This document shows, piece by piece, positions 17,244-24,494 of a stretch of DNA of 64,000 nucleotides. The translations under genes and the position numbers were made by a program. Each line of letters starts with the position of its first letter. Within the stretch, counting starts at the first letter, position 1. Under the pieces are notes generated by a model. That model was not told the DNA's origin and did not search any database. It was given only the letters and a program-made list of their open reading frames with translations. Source of the stretch: an uncultured Clostridia bacterium (GTDB lineage Bacteria > Acidobacteriota > Aminicenantia > UBA2199); contig CAYXHZ010000006.1 in assembly GCA_964465065.1 (NCBI GenBank), forward strand, positions 1,185 to 65,184, given 5' to 3'.

Positions 17244-18712
17244 CACTCTTCGGGAATGGTGAACGGAATGACCTGCTCGTTGCCCTGGCGGTTGATGTAG
17301 AGGTAAACGCCGTCACCCGGTGAACGCCGGCCCATGAGCTCGCGGAACTGTTTGACCGATCTCAGTTCGGTCCGGCCGACGGCGATGATGACGTCGTTGG
17401 GCCGCAAACCCTGCTGATGCGCCGCACCGCCGCGCACCACCTGGTCGACGACGACGCCCTCGTCGGTCTTGAGCTTGCGGCGCGAGGCCTCGGCGGCGTT
17501 GTTGTCCACCAGCACCATGCCCAGATCGATGAGCCCGCCGTCTTCCCCTTCGGCCTGGATGGTCTCCGATTCCGGAGCCTCGCCGACGATGACCGTGAAC
17601 GAGATGGGCTTGCCGTCACGCACAACGCCGACCGCCAGCTTTTCTCCCGGTTTGAGTTCGGCCACTTTGATGCTCAGCAGGCGGGATTCCTTGATCGGTT
17701 CTCCGCCCAGCGAAGTGATCAGATCGAGCTTCTTGAGGCCCGCCTTCTCGGCCGGTGAACCTTTCTCGACCGAGCGGATCAGGATACCGGGCTGACCGAT
17801 ATCGAACTTCTTGGCTCTTTCCTCGTCCATTTCCTCGATTTCCACACCCAGCCAACCGCGGATGACGCGGCCGCCCTTCTTGAGGTCCGCCACGACCCGT
17901 CTGGCCAGATTGGAGGTGATGGCGAAACCCAGGCCGATGCTGCCGCCGCTGTTGGAAACGATGACCGAGTTGATACCGATGACCTGGCCCTGCATGTTGA
18001 TCAGCGGACCGCCGGAATTGCCCTGGTTGATGGCGGCGTCGGTCTGGATGAAATCCTGGTACTGCAGACCGGACTGACGCAGCCCTTCCATGTAACGGCC
18101 CTTGGCGGAAATGATGCCGCTGGTGACGGTCAGATCCTGGTAGAGAGGGTTGCCGATGGCCAGAACCCATTCCCCGACCTCGGCCTTGTCGGCGTCGCCC
18201 ATTTCCAGGTAGGGGTGATCGCCACCCTCGATCTTGAGCAGGGCCAGATCGGTCTTGGAATCCTCGCCGATCTTCTTGGCCTTGTATTTCTTCTTGTCGA
18301 TGGTCTCGATGGTGATGCTGATGGCGTCCTTGACCACGTGATGATTGGTAATGATGTAGCCGTCGGCGGAAATGAAGAAGCCCGAACCCAAACCTTCGAC
18401 GGGTTGACGTCGCTGCGGCTGCATGTTGAAGAAGCGGTCGAAGATGTCATCGCCGAAAGGGGACTGGCTCCTTTCGGAAATGATCTGCGTCGACACCTTG
18501 ACCACGGCCGGCCGCACTTTGCGTACGATCGGGGCGAAGCCCATACCCTGGGCCGGATTGTTGTCGGTGGCCGCCAGGACCGGAGTCGCTGTCAATCCCA
18601 AAACCTCGGCGGGAGGATTATCCGTCGCATCCCGGTTCAGAAAACCCGTGAAGGCCAGAGTGGACAGGCCGACCAGGAATCCCAGCAAACTGGCTAAAAC
18701 AACTTTTTTCAT
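17243..18712 (-). CDS. degP: Periplasmic serine endoprotease DegP/HtrA (trypsin-like domain plus two PDZ domains)
   Basis: Signal peptide MKKVVLASLLGFLVGLSTLA. Catalytic motifs NHHVV, DLALLK and GNSGGPLINMQGQVIGINS. Two PDZ-like C-terminal regions. AGGAGG SD 6 nt upstream of the ATG at 18712. Confidence 0.9.
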   Translation of the reverse strand: MKKVVLASLLGFLVGLSTLAFTGFLNRDATDNPPAEVLGLTATPVLAATDNNPAQGMGFAPIVRKVRPAVVKVSTQIISERSQSPFGDDIFDRFFNMQPQRRQPVEGLGSGFFISADGYIITNHHVVKDAISITIETIDKKKYKAKKIGEDSKTDLALLKIEGGDHPYLEMGDADKAEVGEWVLAIGNPLYQDLTVTSGIISAKGRYMEGLRQSGLQYQDFIQTDAAINQGNSGGPLINMQGQVIGINSVIVSNSGGSIGLGFAITSNLARRVVADLKKGGRVIRGWLGVEIEEMDEERAKKFDIGQPGILIRSVEKGSPAEKAGLKKLDLITSLGGEPIKESRLLSIKVAELKPGEKLAVGVVRDGKPISFTVIVGEAPESETIQAEGEDGGLIDLGMVLVDNNAAEASRRKLKTDEGVVVDQVVRGGAAHQQGLRPNDVIIAVGRTELRSVKQFRELMGRRSPGDGVYLYINRQGNEQVIPFTIPEE

Positions 18713-18760
18713 GTGCATCCTCCTTTGTATAGATAGTCTATCGGTATTCGATTACTATCA

Positions 18761-18790
18761 GACGCTCTGTCAACCCATCGGGTTTCACGA
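18761..18790 (-). promoter_or_regulatory. ECF (sigmaW/sigmaE-type) promoter candidate tGAAAC-N17-CGTCTGA upstream of degP
   Basis: Minus-strand reading: gtGAAACccgatgggttgacagagCGTCTGAtag, about 45 nt upstream of the degP ATG. Compare B. subtilis sigmaW TGAAAC-N16-CGTA and E. coli sigmaE -10 TCTGA. Confidence 0.4.
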
Positions 18791-19000
18791 TTGATTTTAA
18801 CACGATTGGCGGCGGGACAGAATGCCGGACAGGCGGAAAAATATGCAGCCTCACGGCGGTTTTTTCCGCACCCGACCCGCACCGCCACCGTGCAGCGCCG
18901 TGCCCCGGAATGACGCCTGAGCCGGGTCCAGAGCCGTAAATGCGGACGGGCCGGACCGGACCGTCACGGTCTGCGCACATGGCAACGGAATTGCTGAACG

Positions 19001-20227
19001 ATGGGCATGAACATACCTACTGGCAGCGTCTCGACCCTCAGCCTTCGTATCGACAATCGTTGCCGGCTGTCCGGCGACAGCCAGTCCCCCAGAACGGACA
19101 GAAAAGGCAAACCGGCCCAGGCCGACAACGATTTCGAACAGGCGATCAGTACGCAGAACCTTCCCGAGCCCCAGCCCCCGAAAGAGCAGGAAACCGAAAC
19201 ATCCGGAACCGAAACGCAAACCAGACCCGCCGACAGTCCGGCCAGTGCCGACGACACGGCGGCGGCCGATTTGCCAGCCTCTCAGGAACTTCAGGGCGAA
19301 ACGGCCGACTCCGATCCGGCCAGAGCGCAGGAACAAACCCGGACCGATGCCCCGGCCCAGATCCAGACCGAACTGCGCTTGCCGCAACCCCAGTTTATCC
19401 AGCAAACGGCAGCGATCGCCTTCGACAGCGCCCTGGTCGATCTCTCGGCAGACGCAGGACCGCAGACCGCCAAGCCGGTGCCGGAGCAGGCGCCTGCCAC
19501 GTCCCGGACCGATCCGGCCGCCAGCAAGGTCATCCAGACCAATATTCCCGCGCAGACCGAGCCAAGCCCCTTGCCCTGGACAGACGGCGAACAGAACGAA
19601 GGCGCCGGCACTGCGACAGTCTCCGAACCGGTTTTACCCAAAAAAATTCCCGAAAAGGGACTGCCAACCGGACTCGGCCACAGCCAGCCGGAGAACGGCC
19701 TGACGCCGCCAACCGGCGTTCCGTCCGGTGAGGCAGCGGTCAATACGGCCCAGATCAGCCAGGCGACGCCGGTCTGGCAGAACAGCCCGGTCAACCCCGC
19801 CGACATCATCGACCAGGTCCGGGTGCAGATCCTGCAGGGCAGCAAGTCGGGTGAAAAAAAGATCACCATGCAATTGCAACCCCCGGAACTCGGCAAGATG
19901 AGCATCGAACTGTCCCTGAGCGACAAACAGATCGAGGCCCGCATCTACACCGAACATCAGGTGGTCCGCGAGGTGGTACTGTCACAGATCGAGCAGCTGC
20001 GCTCGCAACTGGCCCAGGAAGGTTGGAATCTCAACAAGGTCGATGTCAACATCGGCACCTTTCGCGAACAGCAGGACCAGACGGCCCAGGCTGCACTGCA
20101 ATCGCTCAGAGCCGGCTACCGTGGCGGCGCGGCCGCCGGTCGGGACGGGCAAACGGAAAGCGCCGATACCGCTCAGCGGGTCTGGCAACCACCGGGATTG
20201 GGCAGAAGGGTGAACCTGATCGTCTGA
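19001..20227 (+). CDS. Protein with a FliK (flagellar hook-length control) C-terminal Flg_hook-like domain and a Pro/Gln/Thr/Ala-rich low-complexity N-terminus
   Basis: The C-terminus ADIIDQVRVQILQGSKSGEKKITMQLQPPELGKMSIELSLSDKQIEARIYTEHQVVREVVLSQIEQLRSQLAQEGWNLNKVDVNIG matches the FliK C-terminal domain. No other flagellar genes are nearby. The start codon is uncertain. Confidence 0.55.
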   Translation: MGMNIPTGSVSTLSLRIDNRCRLSGDSQSPRTDRKGKPAQADNDFEQAISTQNLPEPQPPKEQETETSGTETQTRPADSPASADDTAAADLPASQELQGETADSDPARAQEQTRTDAPAQIQTELRLPQPQFIQQTAAIAFDSALVDLSADAGPQTAKPVPEQAPATSRTDPAASKVIQTNIPAQTEPSPLPWTDGEQNEGAGTATVSEPVLPKKIPEKGLPTGLGHSQPENGLTPPTGVPSGEAAVNTAQISQATPVWQNSPVNPADIIDQVRVQILQGSKSGEKKITMQLQPPELGKMSIELSLSDKQIEARIYTEHQVVREVVLSQIEQLRSQLAQEGWNLNKVDVNIGTFREQQDQTAQAALQSLRAGYRGGAAAGRDGQTESADTAQRVWQPPGLGRRVNLIV

Positions 20228-20320
20228 AGCGGATCGACGACTAACTCCTGACAAAATAAAAAAAGCAGCGCATTACAGATATGCCGCATTCTTGGCAACG
20301 GGGTGAAAAAAAACGGCGAT

Positions 20321-20340
20321 TGTGTAACATCTGTTACAAC
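20321..20340. promoter_or_regulatory. Palindrome TTGTGTAAC-ATCT-GTTACAAC about 50-70 bp upstream of hcp, a candidate CRP/FNR-family (HcpR-like) or NsrR-like operator
   Basis: Half-sites TGTAAC (20323-20328) and GTTACA (20333-20338) with outer TTGT...ACAA. Positioned in front of the hcp gene. Confidence 0.35.
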
Positions 20341-20389
20341 ATAGGCGACAAGGAGCGGCTAAAATGATTGCAGAACCAAGGAGGAACTC

Positions 20390-22018
20390 ATGTCAATGTT
20401 TTGTTTTCAATGTCAGGAGACGGCACGCAACACGGGCTGCACCGTCAAGGGAGTATGCGGCAAGAAGGAAGAGACCGCCCTGCTTCAGGACCTGCTGATC
20501 TATACCTGCAAGGGTATCGCCATGGCCGCCAGCCATCAATACGATCAGGCCGCCGGCCGTTTCATCATCAGCGCCCTGTTTTCCACCATCACCAACGCCA
20601 ATTTCGACGATGACCGCCTGCAGGCCCTGATTCAGGAAGGGCTGGGCATCCGCAGACAGCTGGTCAACAGCTGCGGTCAGAAATGCTGCTCGGGTCCCGA
20701 CTGCCACGACGCCCTGAGCTGGGAAGGCCGCAGCCTCGAGGATCTGCTGGCCAAGGCCCGGACCGTGGGCGTCATGTCCTGCCCGGATCCCGACATCCGT
20801 TCTCTGCGGGAACTGGTCGTCTACGGCCTGAAAGGCATCGCAGCTTACGCCTCGCACGCCGAACACCTGGGCTACGAGGACGACGAGATCTACCGGTTCA
20901 TGTTCAAGGCCCTGCCGGCCACCCTGAAACTGAGCGACGCGGAAAGCCTCAAGGCCCTGGTTCTGGAAACCGGGAAATTCGCCGTACAGACCATGGCCCT
21001 GCTCGACCGGGCCAACACGGAAAAATACGGTCACCCGGAAATCACCCAGGTCAACATCGGTGTCGGTACCCGACCGGGCATCCTGATCTCCGGACATGAC
21101 CTGCACGACATGGAAATGCTGCTGAAGCAGACGGAAGGCAAGGGTGTCGACGTCTACACCCACAGCGAGATGCTGCCGGCCAATTACTACCCGGCCTTCA
21201 AGAAACACAAACACTTCGTGGGCAACTACGGCAACGCCTGGTGGAAACAGGCTGAGGAATTCGAAAAATTCAACGGCGCCATCCTCATGACCACCAACTG
21301 CATCATCCCGGTCCGGGAATCATATCTGGGACGCATCTTCACCACCGGTATGGCCGGTTACCCCGGAGTCCGTCACATCCAGGCCGGCAAAGACGGCCGA
21401 AAAGACTTTTCGGCAGTCATCGAGACGGCCCTGGCCTGTCCTCCGCCGCAACAGATCGAGGAAGGCTCCATCGTAGGCGGCTTTGCCCACAACCAAGTGC
21501 TGGCTCTGGCCGACAAGGTGGTGGCCGCCGTCAAGAGCGGCGCCATCAAACGCTTTGTGGTCATGGCCGGCTGCGACGGCCGCCACACCAGCCGGCAGTA
21601 CTTCAGCGACGTGGCCCAGACCCTGCCCAAGGACACCGTCATCCTGACCGCCGGTTGCGCAAAGTACCGCTACAACAAACTGAAATTGGGCGATATCGGC
21701 GGCATTCCCCGGGTTCTGGACGCCGGACAGTGCAACGACTCCTATTCGCTGGCTCTCATCGCACTCAAGTTGAAAGAGGTGTTCGGATTGGCCAGCATCA
21801 ACGATCTGCCCCTGTCCTTCGATATCGCCTGGTACGAACAGAAAGCGGTGGCCGTGCTGCTGGCCCTGCTCTACCTGGGAGTGAAAGGCATCCGCCTCGG
21901 CCCTACCCTGCCCGGATTTTTGTCCCCCAACGTGGCGAAGGTGCTGGTGGAACTGTTCGATATCAAGGCGATCGGCCAAGCCGGCGACGATGTCGCCCGG
22001 ATGATGTCCGGTCACTGA
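20390..22018 (+). CDS. hcp: Hydroxylamine reductase / hybrid-cluster protein Hcp
   Basis: [36 protein letters not shown] is the classic Hcp N-terminal Cys cluster. 542 aa. AAGGAGG SD 7 nt upstream. Confidence 0.95.
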   Translation: MSMFCFQCQETARNTGCTVKGVCGKKEETALLQDLLIYTCKGIAMAASHQYDQAAGRFIISALFSTITNANFDDDRLQALIQEGLGIRRQLVNSCGQKCCSGPDCHDALSWEGRSLEDLLAKARTVGVMSCPDPDIRSLRELVVYGLKGIAAYASHAEHLGYEDDEIYRFMFKALPATLKLSDAESLKALVLETGKFAVQTMALLDRANTEKYGHPEITQVNIGVGTRPGILISGHDLHDMEMLLKQTEGKGVDVYTHSEMLPANYYPAFKKHKHFVGNYGNAWWKQAEEFEKFNGAILMTTNCIIPVRESYLGRIFTTGMAGYPGVRHIQAGKDGRKDFSAVIETALACPPPQQIEEGSIVGGFAHNQVLALADKVVAAVKSGAIKRFVVMAGCDGRHTSRQYFSDVAQTLPKDTVILTAGCAKYRYNKLKLGDIGGIPRVLDAGQCNDSYSLALIALKLKEVFGLASINDLPLSFDIAWYEQKAVAVLLALLYLGVKGIRLGPTLPGFLSPNVAKVLVELFDIKAIGQAGDDVARMMSGH

Positions 22019-22035
22019 TCCCGTATTCCGACGGG

Positions 22036-22061
22036 CGGCGGCAGGCACGCGCCTGCCGCCG
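22036..22061. terminator. GC-rich hairpin (cggcggcaggc-acgc-gcctgccgccg) between convergent hcp and kdsC; no clear U-tract
   Basis: 11-bp perfect stem seen in sequence. Could be a factor-dependent or bidirectional terminator. Confidence 0.3.
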
Positions 22062-22070
22062 TCGTCCGGA

Positions 22071-22652
22071 TCAGGAGTTGATCTGGTTGAGCAGGGACTG
22101 CTCGTCCTGCGAGGATTTGATCTTGATGAAGATGTCGGACCATTTCTCCTGGGCGTCCAGGATGAAATCGATCACTTCGCGCACCGCACCCCGGCCACCG
22201 TAGCGCTTAGCGATGTAGTGGGCGATCCGTTTGATCAGAGGGTGCGCGTCCCCGACCGCCGCCGAGAAACCGACCATACCCATCACCTCGGCGTCACCGA
22301 TGTCGTCGCCGATGTAACAGACCTGATCCTTGGTCAGTTCGTATTTGTTGAGCAGCTCCATCAGGGGTTCGGTTTTATCGCTGATCCCTTCGTAATAGTT
22401 TTCGATCTGCAGCTCCTGGGCCCGGCGGCGTACCGTCTGCGACACTTTTCCGGTGATGATGGCCGTATGCAGACCGGCCAGACCGGCAAAAACCACACCG
22501 GTGCCGTCCTTGACGTCGAAAGACTTGATCGTTTCCCCGGAAGGCAGCATGAAAAAACGCCCGTCCGACAAGGTGCCGTCGACATCCATCACAATCAGCT
22601 TCACGCGTTTGGCCAATTCTTTCTGGTCCATTAAATCATCTCCGTACGCCAC
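22071..22652 (-). CDS. kdsC: KDO 8-phosphate phosphatase KdsC (HAD family)
   Basis: LIVMDVDGTLSDG (HAD motif I) and ..GDDIGD.. (motif IV). An alternative start at MDQKEL (ATG 22631) would overlap the kdsD stop as TAATG. Confidence 0.8.
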   Translation of the reverse strand: MAYGDDLMDQKELAKRVKLIVMDVDGTLSDGRFFMLPSGETIKSFDVKDGTGVVFAGLAGLHTAIITGKVSQTVRRRAQELQIENYYEGISDKTEPLMELLNKYELTKDQVCYIGDDIGDAEVMGMVGFSAAVGDAHPLIKRIAHYIAKRYGGRGAVREVIDFILDAQEKWSDIFIKIKSSQDEQSLLNQINS

Positions 22653-23599
22653 AGGTCATGCAAGTGTATCAAGCCCAGCACCCGTTTCTGTTCGACCACC
22701 GCCAGCGAGGTGATACGGTGGGTCTCCATGATCTTGAGCGCTTCGACCGCCATTTTCCCGGGGGCGATGGTCAGGGGCGAGCGGGTCATCACCTCGTCGA
22801 CGAAACCGCTGCGGAAATCGGTTCCGCGCCGAATCAGGCGGCGCAGGTCGCCGTCCGTGACCACGCCATGAAGGATACCGTCGGCATCGACCACCAGACC
22901 GACGCCAAACTTCTTCTCGTCGATCAGATCGACCACCTGCAAGAGCGGGGTGCGCGGGGCGATCAGGGGCAGCTCGTCGCCGCGGTGCATCAGGTGGGAA
23001 ACTTTGAGCAGCTTTTTACCCAACGCCCCGCCAGGATGGTAGATGCGAAAATCCTCTTCCTGGAAGCCGCGCTTCTGCATCAGGGCAATCGCCAGCGCAT
23101 CGCCGACGGCCAGAGTCAGGGTGGTCGAGGTGGTGGGAACCAGGCCGAAGGAGCAGGCTTCGCGCTCGACGCTGCAGTCCAGAACCACTTCGCTCTGTTG
23201 GGCCAGGGTCGAATCCAGATTCCCGACCATGGCGATCAGCTTGACACCGATGCGTTTGAGGTAGCCGATCAGGCGGATCACCTCCTCCGTCTCGCCGCTG
23301 GTCGACAGAGCCAGTACCGTATCGTCTTCGTTGATGATACCCATGTCGCCGTGCAGGGCGTCGGCGGGGTGCAGAAACACCGCCGGAGTGCCGGTCGAGG
23401 TCAGCATGGCCGAAATCTTCTTGCCGATCAGGCCCGATTTGCCCATGCCGGTGACGACGATACGGCCACGGCTGTCCATCATCAGTTCCACGGCCCTGAC
23501 GAAACTGTCATCCATACGGTCCGCGCCGATCAGCAGCGCCTGAGCCTCCGTGCGCAGAACTTCCCGGCCGACGGCCAGGATATCTTCATTCATGGGCAA
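22631..23599 (-). CDS. kdsD: Arabinose-5-phosphate isomerase KdsD/KpsF (SIS domain plus tandem CBS domains)
   Basis: GRIVVTGMGKSGLIGKKISAMLTSTGTPAVFLHPADALHGDMG is the SIS motif. Two C-terminal CBS domains. Confidence 0.85.
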   Translation of the reverse strand: MPMNEDILAVGREVLRTEAQALLIGADRMDDSFVRAVELMMDSRGRIVVTGMGKSGLIGKKISAMLTSTGTPAVFLHPADALHGDMGIINEDDTVLALSTSGETEEVIRLIGYLKRIGVKLIAMVGNLDSTLAQQSEVVLDCSVEREACSFGLVPTTSTTLTLAVGDALAIALMQKRGFQEEDFRIYHPGGALGKKLLKVSHLMHRGDELPLIAPRTPLLQVVDLIDEKKFGVGLVVDADGILHGVVTDGDLRRLIRRGTDFRSGFVDEVMTRSPLTIAPGKMAVEALKIMETHRITSLAVVEQKRVLGLIHLHDLWRTEMI

Positions 23600-24419
23600 T
23601 TCTCCAACGGTACAAATCGGTCAGCTTCTGCAGTAACGGCCGCAGCTGGCCAAGGTTCAGGGCGTTGAGACCATCCGACTTGGCCCGGTCCGGATCGGGA
23701 TGGACCTCCATGAACACCCCCCGGGCGCCGCTGATGATGCCGCATTGGGCGATGGTCGGGATGAAGCGGGGCAAGCCGCCGGTCACCTGCCCGGCCGCAC
23801 CGGGCTGCTGGACTGCATGGGTGGCGTCGATGATCACCGGGCAGCCGCTGTCGGCCATGATCGGCAGCGATCGCATGTCCACCACCAGATCGCGGTACCC
23901 GAAAGTCGATCCACGCTCGGTCAGCATCAGCCGCCGTCGGTCCGGACCGCGCACCTCGTCGATCTTGCTGACCACATGGGCCATGTCCTGCGGTGCCAGA
24001 AACTGTCCCTTTTTGACATTGAGCCAGCAGGAACTTTTCGCCGCCTGGAGCAGCAGGTCGGTCTGCCGGCACAGAAAGGCGGGGATCTGGATGACATCGA
24101 CCACTTCGGCCACCGCCGCCACCTGGACGGATTCGTGGACATCGGTCACCAGCGGCAGACCGGTTTCCTCTCTCACTTTCGCCAGGATGCGCAGACCTTC
24201 GTCCAGGCCCGGTCCGCGAAAGGAATGAATGGAAGATCGGTTGGCCTTGTCGAAGGAAGCTTTGAAAAGAAGCGACAGGTTCAGGTCATGTTTCAAGTCG
24301 AGCAGGACCCGGGCGATGTGCAGAGTCAGTTCCTCGGATTCGATGACACAGGGACCGAGAATGAAGAGGGGGGTGTCGGCCGGAAAGGATTGAGTTCCGA
24401 TCGTCAACGCATCGCCCAT
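23586..24419 (-). CDS. kdsA: 2-dehydro-3-deoxyphosphooctonate aldolase (KDO8P synthase) KdsA
   Basis: ..LFILGPCVIESEEL.., ..KASFDKANRSS.., ..PVIIDATH... Start chosen at MGDALTIGT (ATG 24419); the track ORF extends to 24455. Overlaps the kdsD start by 14 nt. Confidence 0.85.
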   Translation of the reverse strand: MGDALTIGTQSFPADTPLFILGPCVIESEELTLHIARVLLDLKHDLNLSLLFKASFDKANRSSIHSFRGPGLDEGLRILAKVREETGLPLVTDVHESVQVAAVAEVVDVIQIPAFLCRQTDLLLQAAKSSCWLNVKKGQFLAPQDMAHVVSKIDEVRGPDRRRLMLTERGSTFGYRDLVVDMRSLPIMADSGCPVIIDATHAVQQPGAAGQVTGGLPRFIPTIAQCGIISGARGVFMEVHPDPDRAKSDGLNALNLGQLRPLLQKLTDLYRWRIAHE

Positions 24420-24494
24420 GGTCGGAATTGTACCAGATATGGGGCGGCTACGCAATGGGAAAGATGGAACGAGACCGGCAGGACCGTAAAAAAC

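Noticed and set aside
18832-18868. Hairpin GCGGAAAAA-N18-TTTTTCCGC between the degP promoter and the FliK-like gene
   Set aside because: Short A/T-rich 9-bp arms with an 18-nt loop form only a weak structure. It may be a bidirectional terminator remnant, but I cannot support it as a feature.
18940-19731. Alternative + frame (263 aa) over the FliK-like gene
   Set aside because: The translation is Arg-rich junk, whereas the 19001 frame ends in a recognisable FliK C-terminal domain.
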